Below, piece after piece: positions 1-11,525 of a stretch of DNA of 64,000 nucleotides. Source of the DNA: the human T2T-CHM13v2.0 reference genome, Homo sapiens; assembly GCF_009914755.1 (NCBI RefSeq), contig NC_060927.1; one strand, given 5' to 3'. How positions within the stretch are numbered: the first letter of the stretch is position 1; each line of letters starts with the position of its first letter. The notes below the pieces were generated by a model. That model saw only the letters and a program-made list of their open reading frames with translations, had not been told where the DNA came from and did not search any database. The position numbers were made by a program, and so were the translations under genes.

Positions 1-985
1 TGTTGGGAACATTCCAAATCTCCTCTTCCTGCAATTTAAAAATCTACAATAAATTACTGTTAACTATTGTCACCCTACTGTGCTATCAGACACTAGAACT
101 TACTCCTAACTGTATGTTTGTACCTATTAACCAACCTCCCTTTACTGTACCAGCCTCACCCCTCCCCAACCCTTGCTACCCTCTGGTTATGATCATTCTA
201 CTCAACCTTCATGAGATCAACTCTTTTAGCTCCCACATGAGTGAGAACATGCAATAATTTTCTTTCTGTGCCTGGCTTATTTCACTTAACATAATGTCCT
301 CCAGTTCCATCCATGTTGCTGCAAATGACAGAATTTCATTCTTTTTTATGGCCAAATAATGTATCATTATGTATATAATACCACATTTTCTTTATTGATT
401 GATAGAATGGTTGGCATGCTGATGGACATTTAGGTTGATTCCAAGTCTTGGCTATTATGAATAGTACCACAATAAACATGTGAGTGCAGATATCTCCTCA
501 ATATGCTGATTTCCTTTCTTTTGGGTACATACCCAGCAGTGGGATTGCTGGATCATTTGGTTGATCTACTTTTAGTTTTCTGAGGAACTTCCATACTGCT
601 CTTCATAATGGTTGTACTAAGTTATTTAATACATTCCCATCAATGATGTAGTAGTGTTCCTCTTTTTCTTCATCCTTGCCAGCATTTGTTGTTTTTTGTC
701 TTTTTGATAATAGTCATTTTAAATAGGGTGAGATAACCTCTCATTGTGGTTTTGATTTGCATTTCCCTGATGTTAGTGATGTTGGGGATTTTTCATGTGT
801 CTGTTGGCCATTTGCATGTCTTGTTTTGTGAAATGTCCTTCGGATCATTTGCACATTTAAAAAAATCAAAATATTTGGGCTTTTTTTTGCTATTGAGTTG
901 AGTTCTTCATATAGGCTTGTTATTAATTCCTTGTCAGATGGACAGTTTGCAAATATTTGCTCCCATTCTCTAGGTTTCTCTTTAC
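1..985 (-). mobile_element. L1MA-type LINE-1 3' portion (truncated by window start)
   Basis: Antisense L1 3'UTR/ORF2-end motifs, e.g. 'tttagctcccacatgagtgagaacatgc', 'cagcagtgggattgctggatc', 'cattgtggttttgatttgcatttccctgatg'. Confidence 0.9.
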
Positions 986-1138
986 TGAGGAAGCCTTTGG
1001 AGTGGGTCCAGCCTCAGCCCCCTTCTAACTGCCTCTGAATGAGACCCAGAGTGAGAACTGCCTGGTTGAGCCCAGTCAACCCCCAGAATTGTGAGAGACA
1101 ATAAAATTATAGTTTTGTTTCAAGTTTCTAAATTTTAA
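986..1138 (+). mobile_element. MLT1 (MaLR) LTR 3' fragment
   Basis: 'gagaactgcctggttgagcccagtcaacccccagaattgtgagagacaataaa' resembles the MLT1 U3/R end with a polyA signal. Confidence 0.65.
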
Positions 1139-1339
1139 GCCCCAGTTCTTGGTTTGTGCTCTTGTCTTACACTTGATTTTCCAAGACAGAAGCTTTCTGA
1201 CAAGCCCATAATGGTGTATGTATGACTTCAAGGAGGTAGCAGAAACAATCTGAGAGGGGCAAGTATTTAGTCAGCCTTGTGCAAAAGGAAATAGTCTAGA
1301 ACAAACAAAACATGCTGACTCTAGAGGCCTATAGGAGCC

Positions 1340-1745
1340 ACATGAGAAAGCATTCAACAGGCTGCTGGACACAGATGTCTGGGTTATAGGGAAAGGATGT
1401 GATAGAGATAAGGATATGGGAGGTATCCATATAAAGGTGATGGTTACAAACCAGGTGTGTGAATGAAATTATCCAGGTGTAACGTACAGGCAAGAGGAAC
1501 CCAAGGGAAGAATCTTGGGGATGCCCCACTAAAAATGCCAGCAGAGGAAAGGGAGCAGGTAGAGAAGTCAAAGAAGAAACAATGAGGGAAGAGAGAAGAA
1601 AGTCCAAGAAAGAACAGTTCAAAAGGTGGGGCATGGTCTGAGGTGTCACATGTTGCACTGAAAATATGGACAGAGAAAGCCTGTAAGATTTGGTAATGTG
1701 AAGGTCGCTGGTGACCTATAGCAGAGCAGTCTTCCTGAGGGGAGG
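1340..1745 (-). mobile_element. L2 LINE fragment
   Basis: Purine-rich antisense L2 pattern ('gctgctggacacagatgtctggg...gtcgctggtgacctatagcagagcag'). Confidence 0.65.
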
Positions 1746-2608
1746 AAAAGAAAATCAAAATCTCAATGCATTTCCATTAATACAAATGACTTCAAACAAA
1801 CTTTATAAGAGAGAAAATAGCAAATAATTTGGGGCTTCCTGTTTTATCTTCTTAGCAACATTAGAGGAAATGAAGAAAGAAAATCAAAATGCACATGATA
1901 GAAGGACAAAAGGAAGGGAGACAGTCAGTCATTGACAAATAGAATACCTACCATCTGCATAACAGAGAGGTGGCTCAAAAGGCACTAGGTGAGCAAACCA
2001 GCTGCCTCTTGAATTCATCTTTAAAAAATGTTTTTTGGAAGGGAGACTATGAAAACTTCCTTTGTTGACCATTCACAGAAATGGCAGGGACAAGTACAAA
2101 GGTATGTAAGAGCATGGAGAGTCCATAGACTTCATCTAGGGAACTAATTCTGATTAACTGCAGCAGCTGGCTGCGTAGAGAACTTTGCTGAGGAGAAATC
2201 AGGCTTGGGTATCAGTCAATGATGTCTGCCATCTGCATAGGGTATGGAAAAATACATAAACACCAGGTATTTGTCATCTCAGTCTTTATGGAATGCATCT
2301 TGGACCATAACTTAAAGGGAAATGACTTTATTGATCTAAAACACTAAGATCTTGAATTCTTTCTACACAAATCTAAAATGCCCAGAACTGAAAGCATATG
2401 AATTTTAACACTAAACCCTATTGAACTTGCTACGTGATTTACAATTTTAAATCATTTCTTGGAGTATGGCCTTTATTTGTAGTGACAAATATTCCAATAG
2501 ACTTAATAAAGACATAGAGAGTGTTTCTAGAATCTGCATTATGCCCCAAATTTCTGCTGCTATTCCTCTTCTATGCATGGCGGAGAAAAGCATATAAAAT
2601 GGACGGGG

Positions 2609-2922
2609 GCACTGGGCGCAGTGGCTCATGCCTGTAATCTCAGCACTTCGGGAGGCCAAGGCAGGCAGATCACTTGAGCCTTGGAGTTCAAAACCAGCCT
2701 GAACAATATGGTGAAACCCCATCTCTACAAGGTACAAAAAAAAATTAGCCAGGTGTGGTGGTGCATGCCTGTAGTCCCAGCTACTCCTGAGGCTGAGATG
2801 GGAGGACTGCTTGAACCTGGGAGGCGGAGGTTGAAGTGAGTGCCAAGATCATGCCACTGCATTCCAGCCTGGGCAACAGAGTGAGACCCTGTCTCAGAAA
2901 AAAAAAAAAAAAAAAAAAAAAA
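2609..2922 (+). mobile_element. AluJ (Jb-like), full length, pure A25 tail
   Basis: Both arms and middle A-rich linker present; J-type motifs 'gatcacttgagcc' and 'gagaccctgtctc'; A-tract at 2898-2922. Confidence 0.95.
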
Positions 2923-3639
2923 GATTTGGGATCCACAAAACTATAGAGTGAATTAAGTTGAAATGTCAGCACAACCATAGAGTATGCCTCGTTTGTGAAT
3001 AGATACTTTGATGAAGAGCTACTAAATCTTTAATTGGAGATGAAGTGTTTCTATATAAAGGCAATGACTACAAAATATTTATCATAGCACCTAAAGCCAT
3101 AACTACAGAAATTTTCTGCCATCCTCTTGTATTAGTGAGTACAGCAAGTAAATCCAATATTAATATTAAAACATGGCACTGGAGATATAATTATGGATTA
3201 ATACAAATAAAGTTAAATATTTTCTCCTAATGAAGTTTTCTTTTAATATCATCTTAATCTACCAGAAAAATAACAGGAATCATCAAGCTACAAGAGAGGA
3301 AAAAACATTGCCATAATAAAGATAAACCTTACACACTCAAGCCTTCCTTTAAAGTGTTGGGTCTTAAACTGTACAGTTGCAGAAAACTAGCATTCTGCCA
3401 CTAAAATCAAATTTTGGTAGTCTATTCCAATTTACTAGGAAGAAATATGGTAATGTTTTTCTTATTTAAAGTTTTCCATCCATGATTTTTTTCTCAAACT
3501 TTTGGGGTTGGTTATACTTAATGCAGTCTTCAATGTAGTGTAACTGGGTCTGATTTAGCAGGGAATTGTGGACTTGGTTATCTTCAGTTTAGTACGCTGA
3601 TAATGTTCATGGTGTTAAAGGGAAGAACAGTACAGCAGA

Positions 3640-3962
3640 CACTGTCAGTGCCATGCCCTGAGCCCCAGGCCTCATCGTCTTAGAGCAAGCCAGCTTGACT
3701 TCCACTGACAGCATCTCTATCTCTTTGTCTCAGCAATGACTGACAGAAATGGTATGTGTATACCCAGCCCCCAGCCCCATGACGGGATAACTCTGAGATG
3801 GTTCTGCGCTGGCTCTGGAGATCCCCATCAGGATTAAAGCCCAGATGCCCCTGCTGGACATCTGCTTGATGGTACACTTCCCCGGCTAATTTCCCTACCT
3901 TTTGCTAGTGCTTCCTGGGGTCCACTTTCAAATAAACTACTCAGACTCAAGTCCTTGTCTTG
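3640..3962 (+). mobile_element. LTR16-family (ERVL) LTR
   Basis: 'gggataactctgagatggttctgcgctggctctggagatccccatcaggattaaagcccag...aataaactactcagactcaagtccttgtct' resembles LTR16. Confidence 0.7.
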
Positions 3963-4529
3963 TGACATGATTTCCTAATGTTTAGCCAATTGAATGAGTT
4001 TAATGCACTAGGCTTTGGCCAGCATTAGGTAGCAAAGAATACACGGATATAACGCCATCACAGTGAGAGTTGGCAGTACACACATAATATCCAGTTCCTG
4101 AGGTACTAGAATACAATGCCTGCAAGACAAGATGCCAGAATGATACAGGGCTACCCTAGGCAATTAGTAACTGTGTGCGTTGGGTTGTGGGGAGAGTTTG
4201 CTGAAATGTCACCAATAAGGGCTCTGAAGGCTGCAATTCCAAATTCCTCCTTCCTCCCACAGTACTGGGGACCAGGAGAGGCAATGGCCTTCTTTAACTT
4301 AAAAACCCTGAGAATTCAAGTCTACAGGGACAGGGTGAACACATCTGCAGGCCATTCAGCCAGGAACCCAGAGTGTATCTCTGGACTGGAAACATGGAAA
4401 CAGGGAGCCAAACCTGGCTTTAACATTCTTTTTGATTGGATGATTTAATTCAGGATGAGGCCACAAAGGTAGTGGCCTAAAATTACAAACTGAAGAAAGA
4501 TCATTGTTTAATTTGGCTGATTTTAAGAT

Positions 4530-4920
4530 TTTAAAATAGTTATAGGAATAATAAAATAATATAGAAAGCTTGATATATGAAAAAGGTTATCCATAATTCC
4601 CTTTTTCATATGTAACTCTTGTCCCCTTAGAGGGTTCCCTTGAAGACTGTTTTTCTAAATATGTCTGTAATGTAACCGCATTCTGTTCCCAGAGCATGTT
4701 AAGGTTTCCCATGTGGCTAATCTTCATATTTCTAAGTACTACATAATACTCCATCAGCCTGTCGTTCTGTAATTTGTTCTCCTCCTATACTGTATATTCA
4801 GATCACTTCCAAGTTTTCACCATGGCAAATAATGGTGCAGAGAGCATTTTTATACAGTGGCTCTTTCTAATTTTCAGATTATTTTCTTAAAGCAGAATTT
4901 CAGAAGAAGCCAAAAGGTAG
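4530..4920 (-). mobile_element. Ancient L1ME-type fragment
   Basis: Degenerate antisense L1 3' motifs ('ttccaagttttcaccatggcaaataatggtgcagagagcattttt'). Confidence 0.45.
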
Positions 4921-5025
4921 CAGCATTTCAGTGACACCTGAAACAGGCAGCTCCTATACTTTTATCATCGACGGTCCTTTGATTACTTACAAAACACAAC
5001 ATGAGTAACAGACAGTGGTATCCTT

Positions 5026-5056
<31 letters not shown>
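5026..5056. repeat. (TC)n(AC)n compound microsatellite
   Basis: Directly visible. Confidence 0.9.
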
Positions 5057-7069
5057 AACATTAAGACAAGAATGATCAACGGCACCATATAAGTTACATA
5101 GAAGAAGGCCAGATGGGGAAATTAAAAGCAAAGCAGTCTTTGTTACTAAGTATAAGGTTTGTGCAATAAACCTATTACTGATCTTTAAAATGAAGATTTG
5201 AAAGTGAGTAATAATTCCAAGTTAGACTCCTACACACTAATTCATGTAACAGGCATTCTGTTCTAATGATCACTGGCTCACAGAGAAACTTCCAGCCTTC
5301 TAAAGGTTTCTCTTGACCTGACCTGGTGTGATTCCCTCATTGACACTGACACTCATTCACTTCCACCTGCCACTTATTGAGCCCAAATTCGGGTTGGTTT
5401 GCATCACATGTTTTCATCATTCTTTTCCTTTATGGTTGTAAACCTTTCAGCGAGCAGCCTGGCTGATATCAGGGCTGCTGATGGCAGTGGTTAGGATGCA
5501 ATTAGGCTGAGCCATGCTTGTCAGCCTTGCTCCGTACTCTCCTCTTTCCAGAACACTGTGACAAGGGGGAAGGACCAGAATCAAGGCTCTAACCCCTACA
5601 CACCTGCCTTTAATATGCTAACTCTGCTTCTGTAAGGCAGTTCCAACCTCATCCCCGGGCTCTGTCCTGCCTTGACACTTCATTTTTATAAGAGAAAGCA
5701 AAGAAAGGGGGGCGTACTGATGGAAGGGGGAAGGCAGGAAGAAGACTGGCTCTAATTTAAAACCATCTTAGGAGCTCTAAAAAGTTCCAGGTTGACTGAT
5801 GGACACATTTACTCCTCAAAACCCTTTTCATAAATATCCACCACTTAACATGTACTTTCAAGAGGCATAAATACTGTCAGCGTGTCAGCCTTTATGAAAG
5901 GGAGATTTCCAGAACCACTTCTTTTCTCCATGGCTAAGAGCCACACAATTACAATCCTATTATAGCTGTACCTTGAGAATATAGCCCTTCCCCACCAGTC
6001 TGTGCAAGGCAGGCAAACTCACCCGACTAAGAGTAGCATGGGGGCCTTTTCAATCTCTGTGCAGTGATGCATCCTTCCTTTGCTGCAGAGAAGACGGCAG
6101 CTCATCTCTGGTGATAAGGTCTACATCTGAGACTGGTAGGGATTGGAGATGTATTTTGTCAACAGCTCTGGCCAAAGTAACTCTCTAATAATATTCAAGT
6201 ATGGACAGAGAATGTTTCCTGAGGCTGTTTGGATCACATCTTATTTTGAACAGGTCTTTAGTGTGACTTTCTCCCTGTTCTCAGTGGAAATGAATGGGTT
6301 TCGAAGGCAGGCATGGTGCCCCTCTGGAGAACTGCTGGTTCCTCACGAAGGACTGTGCTGGCATGGCATGGCTCTGCATGGGTAGGATCACTGCCAGCTC
6401 ACCCTGCCACAGCTGCACACAGATTGGTGGGCCCAGCTTTCCGGACAACAGCAGTCAGCAGTGCCCTTCTTTCCTCTCAGACAGCAGACCACTAGCCACA
6501 ACATGATAAAATCTATGCTGGAGACTCAGCCTGGTGTGCCCAGGAGTATCAGAGAAGGAGGAAACAAATAGGCTCTCAGGTGGACTCTGTCACTCAGAAG
6601 GGAAAAGGCTCCAGTGCCCACGCCACTAGATTTACCCTCAGGTGAGCTGGATCCCTGTTTGCTGCTGCTACCCAAGATGAGATGTATGACGCTGAGAACT
6701 GGAGCACCCAACCAGACAACATCCGAGGAGGAGCTCTGGAAACTATAAAGGGGTAAGTGAATTGGATCACAGCATTATTCTCCCATTTGGAAGCTGAAGC
6801 ACAGTTGTTTTTAAAAGTGTACATTCTCAATAGGATGACCTTGGCAGCATACACCACTGCTTACCAGGATTTATAGAAAAATATCATCCAGCGGTCTTCA
6901 AGGGTGTATATGAAAAAAGGAACATAAGCCTCCCTCCAACACTTTCGGCCCCTCTGTCTATAGTGATACTGACTATATTTCTCTATCTTTCTCCCTTCCA
7001 CATGCGGCCCTGACACCAGCCTCCTCCTTCAGGAGAGTTAAGCCAGTTTAAAATGTGTTGCTATGTGTG

Positions 7070-7230
7070 TATGTGCTTAATTCTATTGTTAAATCTGTCT
7101 CATGATGTGTGCGGACTCCATGAGGGTCAGGACTATGTCATTTTGACTCACTGTTTGAATCCCCAGGACACTGCCTGAAGTATGTGTAGAAGAAAGAAAG
7201 GGAGGAAGGAATAGAGAGAGAGAGAGAGAA
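7070..7230 (+). mobile_element. L2 3' end followed by (AG)n
   Basis: 'ctccatgagggtcaggactatgtcattttgactcactgtttgaatcccca' is an L2 3' terminal motif. Confidence 0.55.
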
Positions 7231-8244
7231 ACAACGTGCCAGGCATGGTGCTAAGTACAGGGAACACTTGGTCCAAAGCTGTGGAAGTGCTCACAGCCAA
7301 GCAGAGGAGGTAATTCAGCGTGGCCAGAGAAGGGCATGCCGACAGGCACCCGCTGGTACTATGGGAAGGCTGAGGAGGGATTCAGGAAGGCTTCCCTGCA
7401 ACAGAGTGTGCCTCTGCCGCTGCCCCAGGGATTCTGGATTTAGGGGCAGCTCTGGCCAGAGGCAGGGACAGCAGAGAGGCACAGGGATGAAGACCAGGCC
7501 TTCACTGGGCAGGAAGGCAGCCCAGACATAGCACTTCTGGGTGGAAAGAGCAGACAGTGCTGACTTCCAGATGCATGGTCACCCTCATCCCAGGCACTTC
7601 CACCCAAAACCTATTACAGAGAATCTTAGATTTCCCTGGAGCTGATTTCTCAGATTCTCTCTAGCAATAGATTGCCTTTCTATTCCTAATTCCTAGAGTG
7701 GCACATGGGTCTATGTGTATGTGGGAGACACAATGATGAAGGAATCATGAGTCCACTGTGGTTTGTTAAATACCATCATGCAGAACTGCACAGCTAAATC
7801 AATGGGGCAGGAGCTGCCATCCTGAGGCCTGCCCCGCAAAATGGGATCTGTCCATCTTTACTGGGGAACCATGATAAACGAGCAAAGACAGACACTGGTG
7901 AGGACGAGCCACTTTATTTAAGAGCTTTGACAGCTCAAAGTGCTTTAACATAGATGTATGGAAGATTTATCGAGATGATAAAATACCTGAACTTGAAAGG
8001 CACACAAATTATAATTTTGCAGGTTTTTTTCTTTTTAAAATTTCACTTAGTCAAGTGCTATAAGTAACGAATGAAATGCACATAAAGTTGATTTCATTTC
8101 ACACAAGCTGTCTGGTTAGTGTCTGCAGAGTGCCTTTGCTTCCAGATGGGACTCAGTTCAGAATCCATGCCACCCTTCTGTGCCTAGGACCTTCAGTTTC
8201 CTTACCACTGTGGAGATCATTGGGAAGATTAATAAATATAATAA

Positions 8245-8470
8245 TAAGGCAGCCATTATTGACCGGGCACTTACCATACTGCATGTTGTACACTGAGGTC
8301 AGTGCTTCATATGCTTATCTTGCTTAATGCTCCTAACAGCCCTATGAATTAGCTACAGTGATTCTCATTTTACAGATGCAAAAACAGGTTTAGAGCACTT
8401 TGGTGATACACGGGAAAGTCACACGAGCAATTTTATCTGACTACAAGACTATGGTGTTCACCACTAAGCT
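8245..8470 (-). mobile_element. MIR SINE
   Basis: Core 'ctcattttacagatgcaaaaacaggtttagag'. Confidence 0.7.
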
Positions 8471-8551
8471 GCGACATACATGAAAATATTTGGCCCTCAG
8501 CAAATGCTTAAATACATTAGTCATCTTTCCTTACCTTCGTATTCCTTTTAA

Positions 8552-8555
8552 ACAT

Positions 8556-8599
<44 letters not shown>
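8552..8599. repeat. Imperfect (CA)n microsatellite
   Basis: Directly visible. Confidence 0.95.
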
Positions 8600-8603
<4 letters not shown>

Positions 8604-10219
8604 ACATATACCATGAAAAATCTGCCTCTTGGTTTTATGTTCATTTATTTGTTCATTACTGATTCATGCCTTTTTGGCCTGGTACTCTGCTGGGTGAGAA
8701 GTTTGCAAAATTAGACTCCATAGCTCCCAGGTCAAAGAGCCAGAACAGTCTCAGGCAGTTACCATGCTCAAAGGGATGGCAAGGGTCTGCAAGGTGCGGT
8801 GGCAGCCCCCTGCAGGGAACCCCCACTCAGCCATCAGTTAGAGACACATCATCAAAAAGACCATTTTAGACCCTTTTCAACCCTAGTTTTCTCCAACTTT
8901 TGCTACGCTTTCTTTGGCCTGAGTCTACAAAGACACTGGGGCTTTCTGGGGCTTTCTGACAGTGCAGCTGCCCAGGAGGCCCTTTATCATGCAGAACACC
9001 CCTCTCTGCTGCCAGGCTCTTGCTTTATGGCAAAACCACTGCAACAGATAATCTAACCCCCTGACTAATCACCCTGCACAATTCCTCATACTGCCTCCAC
9101 TCCTATCCCTCTCCCGCCTCTGCCCTGTCTTGTTTCATCAATTTTTGTCCAGACTAAGGAACGACATCAATAGTTATAGTAGTAGTATCCTCCCACATGT
9201 CAGGTACTGCTCTATGTATTTTAGGTCCTCATTAAATCCCCATAATAACCTTCTGAGGTAGACACTACAACTATGTATATTTTAGTTCATTCAGGAGAAG
9301 GAGATGGTGGGAGTTAATATTTCTTCAGGGCCAACGATATGCTAAGCACCTGTTAAGCCTGAGCAATCCTCACGACTCACATGGTGAGTGAGCTGCCCAG
9401 GGTCAGTCACAGAGCTGAGAAGTGCCAGGTCTGTGACCACCAAGCCTGGAGCTTCCCTTCTCATGGGCTGGCATCCTGCAGTGGTCTGAGAGGGGAAAAG
9501 AGAGGCTGCACAATGGCTGCTCTCTCTCCTCTTCCCTCCAACACCCTCTGTTAACATCATACCTGTTCTTTTTTACCACTCCCCACAAATGGTGCCAGAC
9601 TCCTGCCTCATCTGGGTTCCCCTACTCTCTGGGCCTCTCAGTTGGTTTTCATGGAGCACTTTCTTTGTCTACAACAATGTTGTGAACAGAGCCAAATAAG
9701 AAATTGGGATCATTTGAGCCAATAAAATACAGTGAGCAGCTGACAGATGTTTCCTGAAACCTAAAATGCTCTCCCAAATCCATGGGGTCTCAAGGTCTGA
9801 CACGTCCTTAGCAAGGTCCCAGCATAGTTGCTGCTTCTGGGAAGTCTTCTGTCCAGTTTTAGGAGGTGACACCATAAGCTGAGAACCACCAATGAAATTC
9901 AAGAAGTAACTGATGCTCAGTGGAGCTGTGTGAACCATACCTTCAGGGGCTCCTGGGTGGCTTTCTGAGAAAAACAGAGAAGCTTTCCCCTGCAAGGCCA
10001 GTGGGTAAGAACCCTTTCTCTGGGTTGTGCCAGGGTGGAACTGTCACTTTATTTCACCTGGCCCACCCGACATGGGCTCCAGGAGGGCAGGGCCCCTGTC
10101 TGATTTCTCTCTGAATCCTCAGAGCCAGGGTAAAGTGGGCGCCAGTTAAATGTTTCAAGAATGAACAACTAAACCAGTCATCATTTTAGAGAACAGGCTG
10201 TTTGAGAGATTCTACTCAG

Positions 10220-10460
10220 AACCACTTATTTGATAGAGGAAGAAACAGGACTCAAGGAGAGGGGAAGTGACTTTGCTGAGAGGCAGGCACACTGTGTTTA
10301 GTCCAGAACAACATCAAGCCTTGGATGTTTAGTGCAGAGTAACATCCAGCACCCATCACGCAGTGCTAAGTCATTTACTTTCACCATTTCCATCCTCAAT
10401 GGGTAGAACAATCCCATTTTACAGAGGAGAACGTTAAGGTTAAGGAACTTGCTTTCCCCC
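10220..10460 (-). mobile_element. Two MIR fragments
   Basis: 'gatagaggaagaaacaggactcaagg...gtgactttgc' and 'cccattttacagaggagaacgttaaggttaaggaacttgc'. Confidence 0.55.
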
Positions 10461-10629
10461 CAGCTCTCTGCAGGCCAGCCCCACCAACCCTCCTTTCCTC
10501 AAGCCACATTCTCTCCCAACAAAATGAGTTTGCTCTGTTGTTCCCCGCCCGGGAATTCTCTAAAGTTTTAGTTCCAGCAGCCTTTGTAGCTGGGGGCCCT
10601 GATAAAATCTCTCCAGCACCCTAGAATTT

Positions 10630-10822
10630 CAATCTTCATAGCTCTGACCACAGTTTTAACGTTCACACTTGTTTGCATAGATATCCATTTGCTGTCGGTC
10701 TCCCCCCACTGGACTGTGAGCTGCACGGGGGAGGGCACCACATTTTTTGGCCTGCTACTGTAACCCCAGCACTTAGCCCAGCAGCGGACACTGAGTGGAA
10801 CACGTTAAGTATTTGTTAGACA
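10630..10822 (+). mobile_element. L2 3' end abutting the CpG island
   Basis: 'ctccccccactggactgtgagctgcacgggggaggg...ccccagcacttagcccagcag...aagtatttgtt' L2 tail motif. Confidence 0.7.
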
Positions 10823-11068
10823 CTGTGCTTATATTTTTAACCTTTGAGTGCACGAGTGCTAAAGGTGGGATCCGAACCCACGTCTCCGGGACTCTGGTCA
10901 TAGCCAAAGGGGAGCTGGGGGTTAGGTTGACACGCTGCAGCGAGAACCGCCGGCGCGCAGAGGCAGCGCGGAGCTGTCCCCCCGGTTCGCGCCACCCCGG
11001 ATGGCTCCGCACTCCGCCGCCACCTGTCGCCCCAGCGGGGACTCCCAGGACTCAGTTAGGGGCCAGGA

Positions 11069-11077
11069 GTCACGTGG
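11069..11077 (+). promoter_or_regulatory. Extended E-box GTCACGTGG (USF/MiT-TFE type)
   Basis: 'gagtcacgtgggc' lies about 65 bp inside the predicted intron 1, within the CpG island. Binding is inferred from the motif only. Confidence 0.5.
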
Positions 11078-11140
11078 GCCCGGGCATTCAGCCGCGATCC
11101 AGGTCCTAGTGGGCTGACGAGGGGCCCACGCTGCGCTTAC

Positions 11141-11340
11141 CTGCTATTTGCAGGGCTCAGCAACGGCGCTCGGCGAGTCTCGGGGGACTGCGGGGGACTA
11201 GGGGACCTGCTGGGCCTAGCAGGGGCTGTCGGTCAGCGCGCGGCCCGGCGCCCGAGGTCCGAGAGGGAAACGACGTTTGGTCTCGGGACTCAAGGCTGCC
11301 TCCGGCCCGGGCAGCCTCAGGTCTAGATCCCCTAGTACCT
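11141..11340 (-). other. Non-coding first exon of a minus-strand gene (5' end approximate)
   Basis: The minus strand reads ...GCCCTGCAAATAGCAG|GTAAGCGC, a near-consensus donor (exon ends 11141, GT at 11140-11139). It lies downstream of the GC-box cluster and has no ATG on the minus strand. Gene identity is not established; NMNAT3 is an unverified guess from memory. Confidence 0.72.
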
Positions 11341-11346
11341 GAGCTG

Positions 11347-11525
11347 GAGGCGGGGCCAAGGCGAACTTGACCTTGCGCTCCCTTAGCGGCCCCGGGCAGA
11401 TGGAGTCTGAGGGAAACAGCTCTGCGCCCCGCCCCTTCGCTGGGGCGGGCCCTAAGGAGACCCGGCCCTGGCCCCGCCCAGGGTCCTAAGCCCCGCCCTC
11501 TCCCCTGCCCCCGCCCCCGCCCGCT
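11347..11525 (-). promoter_or_regulatory. GC-box (Sp/KLF) cluster, TATA-less core promoter
   Basis: GGGCGG/CCGCCC-type boxes near 11347, 11426, 11442, 11471, 11490 and 11507-11522. Confidence 0.8.

Noticed and set aside
2930-3250. AT-rich stretch ending in AATAAA as a processed-pseudogene 3'UTR
   Set aside because: No polyA tail, TSD or recognisable parent gene.
6864-6958. Minus-strand donor CTG|GTAAGC with a possible exon
   Set aside because: No polypyrimidine tract ahead of the candidate acceptor.
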